DNA of 64,000 nt. Origin: an uncultured Chloroflexia bacterium (lineage in GTDB: Bacteria > Chloroflexota > Anaerolineae > JAAYZQ01). The number at the start of each line of letters is the position of its first letter. The first letter of the stretch is position 1. Below the pieces are notes generated by a model that ran no database searches, was not told the DNA's origin, and was given only the letters and a program-made list of their open reading frames with translations. Of this stretch, positions 44,411 through 54,427 are shown piece by piece. The stretch lies in contig CAVOXA010000001.1 in the NCBI GenBank assembly GCA_963700285.1, positions 704,001-768,000 of the forward strand, in the 5' to 3' direction. The position numbers were made by a program, and so were the translations under genes.

Positions 44411-45499
44411 ATGATCGAGGAGCGAGGGGAGCCGATGGCTGCTCTGGCACGCCATCGGGCCTTCTGGCGAGGCGAGCAGACCGACCGGCCCCTGGCCGGT
44501 GCGTACCTGGGGGAATACGAGGTCGCCGACATCTATCTTGTGGCCGGCGACGGCGATCTCCTTGAGCCGCAACGGCTTGTCCCTGAACGCTTCCTTGAGG
44601 TATTCGTCCAGCGGTGTGAGACCAGCGAAGGGCTGGGCCAGGACCTGTTCAGGCCGTTGTCGCCCCTGTACTGTGTGCCCTGGCTGGAGGCCATCCTGGG
44701 CTGTCCGGTTCGGGTGCATTCCCAGGCTTGTTGGGCTGAGGCCCTCCTGGACGAGGACGAGCCGTTGGAGACCCTACAGCCCGGCTGGATTGAGGCTTGG
44801 TTGGAGGCGGCAATCTCATTCGTACGGTGCTTGGCCGGTAAGGCCGGCTGCCAGCCACCTCACGCCGGGCGCTTTCCGGTGGCCGGACTTTTTCTGCGCG
44901 GCCCGGCAGATGTGGTCGCGGCGATGCTGGGCATCGAGCGCATGTGTTATGAGTTTTACGACCACCCACAGCAGATCCACCGCCTGGCCCGTCTGTCCGC
45001 CGAGGTCTGGATCGAGGCAACGCGCCTGATGTACCAGCACATGCCATCGTTCTACGGGGGCTTTGTCGATCCGGGGCGCTGGCTCTATTCCCCGGCGCGC
45101 TGCGCCTACAGTTCAGAGGATACTAGTGCCATGATATCGTCTGACCTGTATCGCGAGTTCTTTCTGCCCTACAACCAGATGATGGTCAATGCCTTTCCCT
45201 ACGGCTATGTCCACCGCCACTCTGCTTCAGCGCACAATCTCCTGGCGCTCCTGGACTTGGAAACTACCTGGGCCATCGAGGTAACCATGGATCCGGGCGG
45301 GCCCACCGTACCGGAGATGCTGCCCCTCTTCCGGCGGATCCAGGAGAAAGGACGGCCGTTGATCGTGTTTGGTTTGGATGAGGAAAGGGACGTAGCTGCC
45401 CTTGTCGCAGGACTGTCGCCGCGAGGGCTGTGTGTGGTTGTCCAGGCAGACGCCGAGGAAGATGCCCGGGCTCTGCTGTCGGTGGTGAAGGGAGAGTAG
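44411..45499 (+). CDS. Uroporphyrinogen decarboxylase / MtaA-CmuA-like (URO-D/CIMS fold) protein of unknown function
   Basis: AFWRGEQTDRP, EAILGC, RGPADVVAAMLG, EDTSAMISSDLYREFFLP and C-terminal LSPRGL. Confidence 0.7.
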   Translation: MIEERGEPMAALARHRAFWRGEQTDRPLAGAYLGEYEVADIYLVAGDGDLLEPQRLVPERFLEVFVQRCETSEGLGQDLFRPLSPLYCVPWLEAILGCPVRVHSQACWAEALLDEDEPLETLQPGWIEAWLEAAISFVRCLAGKAGCQPPHAGRFPVAGLFLRGPADVVAAMLGIERMCYEFYDHPQQIHRLARLSAEVWIEATRLMYQHMPSFYGGFVDPGRWLYSPARCAYSSEDTSAMISSDLYREFFLPYNQMMVNAFPYGYVHRHSASAHNLLALLDLETTWAIEVTMDPGGPTVPEMLPLFRRIQEKGRPLIVFGLDEERDVAALVAGLSPRGLCVVVQADAEEDARALLSVVKGE

Positions 45500-45542
45500 T
45501 GGCCCGAGATGCTACTGTTCGCGAAACGAGGGATCAGACGCC

Positions 45543-46310
45543 ATGTTGAGCTTTTTTGATTGCAATGCGGCCATCGGACGCTGGAAGCACCCACCATTGG
45601 GTGGCTATGAGACGGCTGGCGAACTGGAGGCCGTCCTGGACTACCTGGCTGTGGAACGCGCCGTCGTGTATCATGCCCAGGCCCACGAGGTCCACCCGAC
45701 AGTGGGCAATGGCCTGCTGATGGAATCACTGGCCGGCCGCGAGCGACTGTTGCCCAGTTGGGTCATCTTTCCTCACTTTACCGGCGAGATGCCCGAGCCT
45801 GAGGTCCTGGTAGGCGACATGCTGGAGCAGGGCGTGCGCGTCGCCCGGCTGATGCCCGGCTATGATGGCCATCGCTTCAGTCTGGAACCGTGGAGCGCCG
45901 GCCTGCTGCTGAAGGAGCTGGCTGCGCGTCGTCTGCCGGTGCTCATCGACTTTATGTTCTTCCGCCGTGACGACCCGGACTGGAAGCTGCTCCACGATCT
46001 GTGCTACCGCTATCCTGCGCTGCCCATCATTCTGACTGGCTGGTCGGGCCTGGCCAGCCGGTCCTTCTATCCACTGTGCCAGGCCTGTCCCAATCTACAC
46101 CTGGACACTTCTGGCTATGCGTTGTTTCGAGGCTTGGAGGCATTTTGCCGGGAGGTCGGCGCCCGCCAATTGCTGTACGGATCGGGCCTGCCGTACCGGG
46201 CGGCGGGCACGGCGCTGACGACCATCACCCATGCCATGGTCAGCGATGAAGAGAAATCGCTGATCGCCCACGGCAACCTGGGAAGGCTGCTGGCGGAGGT
46301 GGTCACATGA
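45543..46310 (+). CDS. Amidohydrolase_2-fold protein with a degenerate metal site
   Basis: FFDCNAAIG in place of DxHxH; LHLDTS; LLYGSGLP in place of GSD. Confidence 0.75.
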   Translation: MLSFFDCNAAIGRWKHPPLGGYETAGELEAVLDYLAVERAVVYHAQAHEVHPTVGNGLLMESLAGRERLLPSWVIFPHFTGEMPEPEVLVGDMLEQGVRVARLMPGYDGHRFSLEPWSAGLLLKELAARRLPVLIDFMFFRRDDPDWKLLHDLCYRYPALPIILTGWSGLASRSFYPLCQACPNLHLDTSGYALFRGLEAFCREVGARQLLYGSGLPYRAAGTALTTITHAMVSDEEKSLIAHGNLGRLLAEVVT

Positions 46311-47224
46311 GTTCAGTACGAGGACTCGAGTACGCAGGTACACCGATCTGGCAGCGAGCCTCACAGCAAGCGCTGCGGGACCGGCCGTGGACTCCCTGCC
46401 CCTGGCAGGAGCAGTTGCGCCGGGGCGAACCGGTACAAGACCTGTTCATCCTCGATGGCCATGCCCATCTGGGCGAGTATCCCGGCTTCTATATGAACAG
46501 ACCGGATGCCGCCAGCATGGTGGAGGTCATGGACCGGATTGGCATGCAAGCCGCCATCATCTCGGCCAATGCGGCGCTGCGTTCCGAACCGGAGTACGGA
46601 AATCGGATGGTACTCGAAGCCGTCCGAGCCCATCCGGGCCGCCTGCTGGGCTACGTCGTGGCCAATCCCCACTATCCCGAGGAGGTGGAATCCTCACTCA
46701 CGCGTTACCTGGACGAACCGGGCATGGTTGCCATCAAGCTTCATCCCGAGTGTCACGACGATTACCCTCTTCTCGGGCCGCGGTACGAGCCGGTGTGGGC
46801 CGTCGCCGCCAACCGGCAGGTACCCGTGCTGTTTCACACCTACTTTGGTGGCGACAGTCTTGAGGATATCGCCAACCTTGCAGCCAAGTACGCCGATGTC
46901 CCCTTGCTGGTGGGCCACGAGCTTCAGGACAAGAGCCTCGACGCCATGGCAGAGCTGGCCAACAGCTTCCCCAACGTCTACGTGGACCTGTCGGTTCCCG
47001 AGATCTTTGGCGTGACCGAGTTTTTTGTCGAGGCGCTGGACGACATCCGGAAGCTGATCTTTGGTACCGACTTTCCCTGGGGTAACGGTCACTTTCGGGT
47101 AGCGGCCGTGGTTTATGCTAGGATATCCGAGGACGCCAAGCGCAAGATCCTGGGTGAGAACGGGGCGGAATTCTTCAAGATAAACCGGGCGAAGGCACAA
47201 GCTCGGTTTGCCAACCCTTTGTAA
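46307..47224 (+). CDS. Amidohydrolase_2 family protein
   Basis: DGHAHLG, IKLHP, LFHT, VGH and IFGTDFP motifs; ATGA overlap with the previous gene. Confidence 0.88.
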   Translation: MSSVRGLEYAGTPIWQRASQQALRDRPWTPCPWQEQLRRGEPVQDLFILDGHAHLGEYPGFYMNRPDAASMVEVMDRIGMQAAIISANAALRSEPEYGNRMVLEAVRAHPGRLLGYVVANPHYPEEVESSLTRYLDEPGMVAIKLHPECHDDYPLLGPRYEPVWAVAANRQVPVLFHTYFGGDSLEDIANLAAKYADVPLLVGHELQDKSLDAMAELANSFPNVYVDLSVPEIFGVTEFFVEALDDIRKLIFGTDFPWGNGHFRVAAVVYARISEDAKRKILGENGAEFFKINRAKAQARFANPL

Positions 47225-47255
47225 GGGAAAAATGATGTGAGAGGAGAACCTGACA

Positions 47256-48380
47256 TTGCTAGTCATTGATTCCCATCTAGATCTTTCGATGAATGCGCTG
47301 CAGTGGAACCGGGACCTGTTGTGCTCGGTCTATACCATCCGGGCCCAGGAGGGGGGTACACCTGGCAGAGGTCAGGGCACCGTGGCTTACCCAGAGATGC
47401 GCCAGGGACGGGTTGCGCTCAGCTTTGCCACGTTGATCGCCCGTTGTACGGGCCGGCCCCAGCCACACATCGACTATGCGACGGTAGCCCAGGCTTATGG
47501 CGTGGCCCAGGGACAATTGGCTTACTATCGCGCCCTGGAGCGCGAGGGCCACGTGCGCGTCGTTGCCGAGAGCGGTGAGCTGGATAGCCACATTGCGGCC
47601 TGGGAAGCCTGGGAAGCTGCCGCTGAGAAAATGACCTCAGCGGGCGCTGGGAAAACGAGCTCAGCCACGTCAGAAGATGAGCCCGGGCCTTACCCACCGC
47701 TGGGTTTTGTGATCGCCATGGAGGGGGCGGATCCGATCATGGAGCCGGAGCAACTGGAGGAATGGTGGGCGGCCGGCTTGCGGGTCGTGGGCCTCACCCA
47801 CTATGGCCCGGGGCGTTACGCGGGCGGGACGGCCACCGAACTCGGTCTGTCGGAACTAGGTCCGGGCCTGCTGGCCGAGATGGATCGGCTGGGTATGCTT
47901 TTGGATCTCACACATTGCTCTGACCAAGCCTTCTGGCAGGCGCTGGAGCACTATGGCGGACTTGTACTGGCCAGCCATCAGAACGCGAGGGACTTGGTTC
48001 CCCACCAGCGCCAGTTCAGCAATGAGCAGCTCCGGGCCATCATTGAACGGGACGGCGTTATTGGGTCGAGCTGCGACGTCTGGATGCTGCAGCCAGGCTG
48101 GACCCGGGGCGTGGGTACCAATCAGGGTGTGACGCTGAGCACGCTAGCCGACCACATGGACCATGTTTGCCAGTTGGCGGGGAATAGCCGTCATGCCGCC
48201 ATCGGCAGCGACCTGGATGGTGGCTTTGGGCAGGATCAATCGCCTCAGGACCTGCAAACCATTGCGGACCTGCAAAAGCTGTCGGGCATCCTGGCTGGGA
48301 GGGGTTACGGTGCGGAGGATATTGCCAACATCTTGTACGGCAACTGGCTGCGTCTGCTGCGCCAGGCCTGGGGAGCGTGA
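47256..48380 (+). CDS. Membrane dipeptidase (peptidase M19) family
   Basis: IDSHLD, MEGAD, LDLTH, ASHQN and IGSDLDGGF motifs. Confidence 0.9.
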   Translation: MLVIDSHLDLSMNALQWNRDLLCSVYTIRAQEGGTPGRGQGTVAYPEMRQGRVALSFATLIARCTGRPQPHIDYATVAQAYGVAQGQLAYYRALEREGHVRVVAESGELDSHIAAWEAWEAAAEKMTSAGAGKTSSATSEDEPGPYPPLGFVIAMEGADPIMEPEQLEEWWAAGLRVVGLTHYGPGRYAGGTATELGLSELGPGLLAEMDRLGMLLDLTHCSDQAFWQALEHYGGLVLASHQNARDLVPHQRQFSNEQLRAIIERDGVIGSSCDVWMLQPGWTRGVGTNQGVTLSTLADHMDHVCQLAGNSRHAAIGSDLDGGFGQDQSPQDLQTIADLQKLSGILAGRGYGAEDIANILYGNWLRLLRQAWGA

Positions 48381-48386
48381 GAACCC

Positions 48387-50003
48387 GTGTTTGATACCGT
48401 CATAGCGGGAGGCACACTGGTCGATGGTACAGGCGCGCCGGGGCTCCGGGCCGACGTGGGCACTATCGGCGGGCGCATCGCCGCTGTCGGCGATCTGACG
48501 GTGGGGAACGCGGTGGAGCGGATCGAGGCCGGGGGGCACGTGGTCTGTCCCGGCTTCATCGATGCACACACCCACTCAGATCTCACCCCACTGCTCGACG
48601 GCCGCTGTGCCAGCAAGGTACGGCAAGGCGTGACCACCGAACTGGTGGGACACTGCGGCTTTTCGGCCTTTCCCCTGGTCAAGGGGACGCCCCAGAAGCG
48701 GGCAGAGCTGGATCGTGCCGTGATGTTGGCGACCGCTGGCGGGCGTGCTATCGAGGCTGATTGGTCCGACTGTGCCGGTTATTTGGAAGCGATGGAACGG
48801 GCAAAGCCTGCTTTCAACATGGCTACGCTGGTCGGCAACGGCACGATCCGGTCTGCCATCATGGGCTATGACAACCGCCCGCCCGATACTGATGAGCTGA
48901 AGGCCATGCGCAGGCAGGTAGCGCTGGCCATGGAGCAGGGCGCTTTTGGGCTGTCCTCCGGCCTGACCCTGTATCCAAGCAGTGTGGCCCAGGCTGAAGA
49001 ATTGGTGGCGCTGTGCGAGGAACTGGTCCACTGGGGTGGCCTCTACGATTCCCACACGCGTCACCTGGCTGGCTGGCACTTCCGGTCAGTGGAGGAGGCC
49101 ATCGACACCGGCCAGCAGGCCGGGGTCGCTGTTCAGGTTGCTCATATCTGCCTCATCGATCCCCGTCACTGGGGTGAGGCGGCCCAACTGCTGGAGATCA
49201 TTGAACGAGCTCGTAGGGATGGCGTTGATGTCACCTACGACGCCTATCCTTATACCGCTGCTGGCTGCCCGTTCAGCGAGCTCATGCCCGAGTGGGTGCA
49301 GGATGGCGGGACCGAGGCGATGATCAGGCGGCTGTCCGACCCAGCGACGCGCCGGCAGGTGCTGACCGAGGCGGACACTACGTGGGGCAGTGGCATCCCC
49401 AGCCGGTGGGAGAAAGTAGTTATTGCCTGGGGCGGTCCACACGGCGACCCGTCTTGGACCGGCAGGTCGGTGGCAGAGCTGGGAGAAAAAGCAGGCAGTT
49501 CTCCCGAAGAGATGATGATCTCCATCGTCGTCCAGTCGCGCGACGTGGGCCTGATGGTTGTCCACAACCGCTTGGATCAGGACGTGGAGTGCTTTGTATC
49601 GCATCCGCTGGGTATGATCGGCTCTGACGGCGTCGCCGTTGCTGCCGATGGCCTGTGGGGCCAGGCGCCGGTCCACCCCCGCTTCTACGGAGCCTTCCCA
49701 CGTGTGCTGGCCCACTATGTCCGCGAGCGCGGGGCGATGACCCTGGAAGAGGCGATCCGCAAGATGACGTCGCTGCCTGCGGACCGGCTGGGATTGGGCG
49801 ACCGGGGACGGCTTCGGGAAGGCAAAGCCGCCGATCTGGTGATTCTGGATCCGGCTACGGTACAGGACCGGGCCACGTTTGAAGAGCCGCACCAGTACCC
49901 GGTGGGCATCACCCACGTGATGGTCAATGGCCAGTGGGTCGTGCGCGACGGCCAGCAGACCGATGCCCGGCCCGGACAGATTTTACGGTACCGTGGCGGC
50001 TAG
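48387..50003 (+). CDS. N-acyl-D-amino-acid deacylase (D-aminoacylase) family
   Basis: PGFIDAHTHSD, QGVTTELVGHCG, DAYPY, IGSDG, HPRFYGAFPR and KMTSLPA motifs. Confidence 0.92.
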   Translation: MFDTVIAGGTLVDGTGAPGLRADVGTIGGRIAAVGDLTVGNAVERIEAGGHVVCPGFIDAHTHSDLTPLLDGRCASKVRQGVTTELVGHCGFSAFPLVKGTPQKRAELDRAVMLATAGGRAIEADWSDCAGYLEAMERAKPAFNMATLVGNGTIRSAIMGYDNRPPDTDELKAMRRQVALAMEQGAFGLSSGLTLYPSSVAQAEELVALCEELVHWGGLYDSHTRHLAGWHFRSVEEAIDTGQQAGVAVQVAHICLIDPRHWGEAAQLLEIIERARRDGVDVTYDAYPYTAAGCPFSELMPEWVQDGGTEAMIRRLSDPATRRQVLTEADTTWGSGIPSRWEKVVIAWGGPHGDPSWTGRSVAELGEKAGSSPEEMMISIVVQSRDVGLMVVHNRLDQDVECFVSHPLGMIGSDGVAVAADGLWGQAPVHPRFYGAFPRVLAHYVRERGAMTLEEAIRKMTSLPADRLGLGDRGRLREGKAADLVILDPATVQDRATFEEPHQYPVGITHVMVNGQWVVRDGQQTDARPGQILRYRGG

Positions 50004-50117
50004 CCAGGTGCTTGCTCAGAGGAACTGTGCGAGGCGCCTTGGGACGAGCCTACCGCTCAGAACCCTGAGAAGTCTTGAACACACAGGCAACAGTCGACTG
50101 GTGCCGAGGATAAGGCC

Positions 50118-50909
50118 ATGATTGTAGATGCTCACGTACACTTGATGGAACCTGAGAAGGGGGCCGCAGGCTATGACTATCTTAAAAAGACCGGCGGCGC
50201 CTGGGGGCAGGTCTGGGATGCGGAGCGTGTCGTTGGGCTCCTTGATGAATGTGGGTTTGACAAAGCCATCGTTTTTACGGGGGCAGGGCTCTATCCCAAC
50301 GTAGATTACCGCTACTACAATGACAACCTAGCCCGCGAGGTGGGCCAGTTCTCCGACAGGCTCATCGGCTTTGGCTGTCTGGACCTGAAGGGCGATCCGG
50401 ACGCCGCCGCCGAGGTCCCGCGCCTGGTCGAAGGGTTGGGCCTGGTGGGGATCAAATTTCACCCCTGGCTGCAGGACTTCCCGGCGAACTCTGGCCTTCT
50501 CCGTCCGGTCTACGAACAGGCATCGTGCTATCACCTGCCCATCCTCTTTCACACCGGTACACCGCCCTACGCCCAACCGGCCCAGGTGGCGCAGTGGGCG
50601 GGCGAGTATCCCGACGTCCAGTTCATCATGGGCCACTTTGGCAAGCTGATCTGGCTCGACGCGGTCCGCGCTGCCCTGGAATACCCCAACGTTTATCTGG
50701 AGACGAGCGGGGCGCAGGTGGCGGATCTGGAGATCGCCGTGAGACTGCTGGGCGAGGAACGGATCGTCTTTGGCACGGACCTGCCGATCGGGGGAGCAGC
50801 CGCTGGGAAGTGGAACGTGGACAAGATCCGCGCCGCGCGGATCAGCGACCGCGCCAAGGAACGGATCCTGGGTCAGAATGTCCTGGATATTCTGGCACGG
50901 GTTGGTTAG
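50118..50909 (+). CDS. Amidohydrolase_2 family protein
   Basis: VDAHVH, IKFHP, FHTG, MGH and FGTDLP motifs. Confidence 0.9.
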   Translation: MIVDAHVHLMEPEKGAAGYDYLKKTGGAWGQVWDAERVVGLLDECGFDKAIVFTGAGLYPNVDYRYYNDNLAREVGQFSDRLIGFGCLDLKGDPDAAAEVPRLVEGLGLVGIKFHPWLQDFPANSGLLRPVYEQASCYHLPILFHTGTPPYAQPAQVAQWAGEYPDVQFIMGHFGKLIWLDAVRAALEYPNVYLETSGAQVADLEIAVRLLGEERIVFGTDLPIGGAAAGKWNVDKIRAARISDRAKERILGQNVLDILARVG

Positions 50910-51061
50910 GTCGTCCAAAGTTGAAGGGCAAGGTCCCAGCTTTTGACTCGGGCCAGGCCTGGATAGGGACCGCACCCAGGAATGCGTTCGCCCATCAGCG
51001 GAGGCTTTCGCCCATCAAGCGGGCAACTTGCCTGTAGGAGGTGAAAAGGGGGAGTGGAACG

Positions 51062-51820
51062 GTGATCGTCGATTCGCACGTGCACATTGGCACCACGGTA
51101 CACCATTTCGAACAGCTGGAAGCAACCGACGACGACATCCTGCGAGAGATGGATGCCCATGGCGTGGATATGGCCGTCCTGTGCCCGGCTGGCGCTGCCC
51201 TGGCGGTCCAAAATCGCCAGGGTAACGACTTGGTCGCTTCGGCTGTCCGGGCGCATCCCGACCGGTTTATCGGCCTGGGAACAGCCAATCCCTGGTACGG
51301 CGAGGCTGCGCTGGCCGAGCTGGACCGGGTCATTTACGGCCTGGGTCTGAGCGGCTTCAAGTTCCACTCGCTGGTCCAGGGATTCCACCTGAATGATCCG
51401 CTCCTGGTCTACCCCCTGGTGGAAAAGGCCATCGATCTGGATGTACCGGTCTATTTCCACTGTGGGACACCGATCATGGCCATGCCCTACAAGATCCAAG
51501 ATCTGGCCCGGCGCTACCCCAAGGCCAAGCTGATCATGGGCCACCGGGGCTGGGACTATCACTTTGACGTGATCCACGTCGAACAAAACTGCCCGGGGAT
51601 ATGGATCGAGACTTCCAAGTGTGAATACGTGAACCTGGAGCACTCTTACAGGATGGGAAATGTCGGAAGACTCCTGTATGGCTCCGATTATCCCATCAGT
51701 TCCATGGCGCCCGAGTTGTCCAAAGTCCGCCGTCTGGTGGGCTTGACTTCTGAGCACGAGTCTGCTATCTTGGGGCGCAACTGCCAACGCCTGTTTGAGC
51801 TAGAGGAATATGACAGATAA
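51062..51820 (+). CDS. Amidohydrolase_2 family protein
   Basis: VDSHVH, FKFH, FHCG, MGH and YGSDYP motifs. Confidence 0.9.
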   Translation: MIVDSHVHIGTTVHHFEQLEATDDDILREMDAHGVDMAVLCPAGAALAVQNRQGNDLVASAVRAHPDRFIGLGTANPWYGEAALAELDRVIYGLGLSGFKFHSLVQGFHLNDPLLVYPLVEKAIDLDVPVYFHCGTPIMAMPYKIQDLARRYPKAKLIMGHRGWDYHFDVIHVEQNCPGIWIETSKCEYVNLEHSYRMGNVGRLLYGSDYPISSMAPELSKVRRLVGLTSEHESAILGRNCQRLFELEEYDR

Positions 51821-52280
51821 GATACGCATCAAGGTCGATCGCCACGTGTGCAGCGGATGCCTGTCGTGCATGACTACCTGTTCCATGGCCAATGAATGGT
51901 ACGCCAGTCTTCCAGGGTCCCGGGTTCGGGTTGATCTGAGCCCCTTCGCCGACACCCACCGGATCACCCTCTGCCACCAGTGTGCTGCGACGTCCAGGTC
52001 GGAGGCCGCCTGCCTGCAAGCCTGCCCTGAGGGCGCGATCAGCCGCGATCCCGATGCCGGCCATCTGGTGGTGGACTATGGTCGGTGCACTGGCTGTAAG
52101 GCCTGCATTGAGGCCTGTCCCTTGAACGCCATGTTCTGGAATCCAATTTCGGAGCACGTGATCAAGTGCGAGCTGTGCGACGGCGACCCGCAATGCGTAC
52201 AGGCCTGTCCGACTGGCGCCCTGACGATCCGGGTCGTACCAGGCAGGAAAGCCATTGGAAAGCGCGAGCGAAACCGATGA
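51810..52280 (+). CDS. 4Fe-4S dicluster electron-transfer subunit (AorA/DmsB-like)
   Basis: CSGCLSCMTTC, CHQC..CLQACP, CTGCKACIEACP and CELC..CVQACP. Confidence 0.92.
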   Translation: MTDKIRIKVDRHVCSGCLSCMTTCSMANEWYASLPGSRVRVDLSPFADTHRITLCHQCAATSRSEAACLQACPEGAISRDPDAGHLVVDYGRCTGCKACIEACPLNAMFWNPISEHVIKCELCDGDPQCVQACPTGALTIRVVPGRKAIGKRERNR

Positions 52281-54268
52281 AGCGAAGCAATGGCTGGGTG
52301 GGCAAGATCCTGTGGGTCGACCTCAATGATCGGACAACGCGCACGCTGGATACGGCGGACTATGGCCCGGGCTATATCGGAGGACGCGGGATCGCCGCCC
52401 GCATCGCTTGGGACGCGATCCCACCAGGCGTTGGTGCGCTCGATCCGGAAAACCTGTTCATGGTCTTTACTGGACCGCTGAGTGGCACGACCGCTCCCTT
52501 TTCCGGACGGACCTCCATCTGCGGCCTGAGTCCGCAGGGGTGGCCCCAGGAGTGGTTCAGCCGCTCAAACGTCGGAGGGCATTGGGGTCCGTCACTAAAG
52601 TACGCGGGCTACGATGGGTTGGTGGTCGAGGGACAGGCCGATTCGCCTGTGACGCTGTGGATCACCGACGACAAGGTCGTGTTGCTGGACGCCGGTCACC
52701 TGTGGGGTATGGGTGTCATGGACACCCAACAGGCGCTCATGGGTGAACTGGGCAACGATATTCGAATCCTGACCATCGGACAGGCGGGTGAGAGGCTCAG
52801 CCGTATTGCCACGGTGGCCACGGAGACCAATTCGGCTGCCGGTCAAGGGGGCTTTGGCGCGGTCATGGGTTCCAAGAACCTCAAGGCCATCGCCGTGCGC
52901 GGCAGCGGGCCCGTCTACGTTGCCGAACCGGAGTTATTCCTGGCCCGATGCAAGGCGATCGCCGAGGAAGCTCGCACCGGTAGCCGTTTTGCCAATACTG
53001 AGCTGGACCCGGAGCGGGTGACTGGGTTTAAGCAGCGATGGCAGGCCTGCACCCAACAGTGTGGGATGCGTTGCGGCATGGTCTGCCGTTTCTACGGCGA
53101 GGTCAGGGGACCGGCTACCGGCGAGGTGCTCTCCGGCCAATTCCACTGCGTCTCAAACTTTTTCCCGGGCATACCCAATAGCTTTTACGACTGGGATCTG
53201 GGGTTCGAGGGGGCCTTTGAAGCCCGGCACCTGTCGGACAACTATGGTCTCAATCAGTGGGATCTGCTCCTGGGCATCATACCCTGGCTGCGGCTGTGCG
53301 GTCCGGCGCCCGCGGGAGCTGGGCTGGTGCGTGAGGTCAACGGCCGGGCCATCGACTTTGACGACCCGACCTTCTGGGCCCATCTCTTCCGAGTCATTGC
53401 CTACCGAGAGGGAATAGGCGATGCCCTGGCCGAGGGCGGCCGCCGGGCGCCAGCCCTGTTGGGCTATGGGCAGGAGCTGGCCGAGCCGTTGTTCACCGCA
53501 TGGGGCAGCGCCGGCCACTGGGATGGTCATGGAGACCGGGGCAACCGCATCGTCTATCCCTTCTGGCTGGCGCCGGCCGTGCAGTGGGCCGTGGACGTCC
53601 GGGATCCTTTTAGCAGCGCCCACGGGTATACGGCGCTGACCATGCATTGGTCGCCATTCCTCAACGATGAAGGCTTGTCCTGGGACACTATCAAGGCGGT
53701 GGGCCAGCGTATCTATGGCACCGAGCAAGCCGTGGATCCCATGAGTGATTATGAGGCCAAAGAGATCCCGGCCGTGTGGCACGGACATCGCAGCGTGATG
53801 AAGGACTCGGTGACGGTGGACGACAATGTTTTTCCTATGATCTTGAGTACCAACAGTACGGATGGGCTGGCCCGTGCGGGTGATATGCTGGGTCCCGATT
53901 TTGAATATCACCTCTTTAGGTCAGCGACGGGCGCTGGCCTGACGCGTGAGGAATTTGAGCTGGCTTGCGAGCGCGTGTTCAACCTGGAACGCGCCATCCA
54001 AGTGCGGAACTTTGGGCGGCAGCGGGGCGATGACGAGACCGTGATCCCCCAGTTCGAGCGCGAGGAGTGGTGGGAGAATCCCCTCATTGGCGAAAAGAGG
54101 CGACTGGACCGGACCAAGTTCATCCCGCTCCTGGAAAGGTACTACCGGCTGCGGGGATGGGATCTGATGCAGGGGCGACCTACCTGGTCCAAGCTGCGGG
54201 AGCTGGGGCTGGACGATGTGGCCAAGGAACTGGCCCAGGCTGACCTTATCGAGAGCGATACGATTTAA
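52277..54268 (+). CDS. Aldehyde:ferredoxin oxidoreductase family W/Mo-bis-pterin enzyme (atypical motifs)
   Basis: GWVGKILWVDL, YIGGRG, LKYAGYDG, GAVMGSKNLKAI, ERVFNLER, YYRLRGWD and PT..KL.ELGL motifs. Confidence 0.9.
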   Translation: MKRSNGWVGKILWVDLNDRTTRTLDTADYGPGYIGGRGIAARIAWDAIPPGVGALDPENLFMVFTGPLSGTTAPFSGRTSICGLSPQGWPQEWFSRSNVGGHWGPSLKYAGYDGLVVEGQADSPVTLWITDDKVVLLDAGHLWGMGVMDTQQALMGELGNDIRILTIGQAGERLSRIATVATETNSAAGQGGFGAVMGSKNLKAIAVRGSGPVYVAEPELFLARCKAIAEEARTGSRFANTELDPERVTGFKQRWQACTQQCGMRCGMVCRFYGEVRGPATGEVLSGQFHCVSNFFPGIPNSFYDWDLGFEGAFEARHLSDNYGLNQWDLLLGIIPWLRLCGPAPAGAGLVREVNGRAIDFDDPTFWAHLFRVIAYREGIGDALAEGGRRAPALLGYGQELAEPLFTAWGSAGHWDGHGDRGNRIVYPFWLAPAVQWAVDVRDPFSSAHGYTALTMHWSPFLNDEGLSWDTIKAVGQRIYGTEQAVDPMSDYEAKEIPAVWHGHRSVMKDSVTVDDNVFPMILSTNSTDGLARAGDMLGPDFEYHLFRSATGAGLTREEFELACERVFNLERAIQVRNFGRQRGDDETVIPQFEREEWWENPLIGEKRRLDRTKFIPLLERYYRLRGWDLMQGRPTWSKLRELGLDDVAKELAQADLIESDTI

Positions 54269-54427
54269 CCAAAGGGACACAGAGGACGCGGAGTCATTTT
54301 GGGGCTATTGAGAGGACCTTGGTTCTTCTGCACTTTAGCGGCAAATACTGGGGATCCAAGGTAGACTGGACAAGGCGCCGGTAACAGAGACTAGCGTCTG
54401 TTGTGCACAAGTGCAAGAGGAGCAGGA

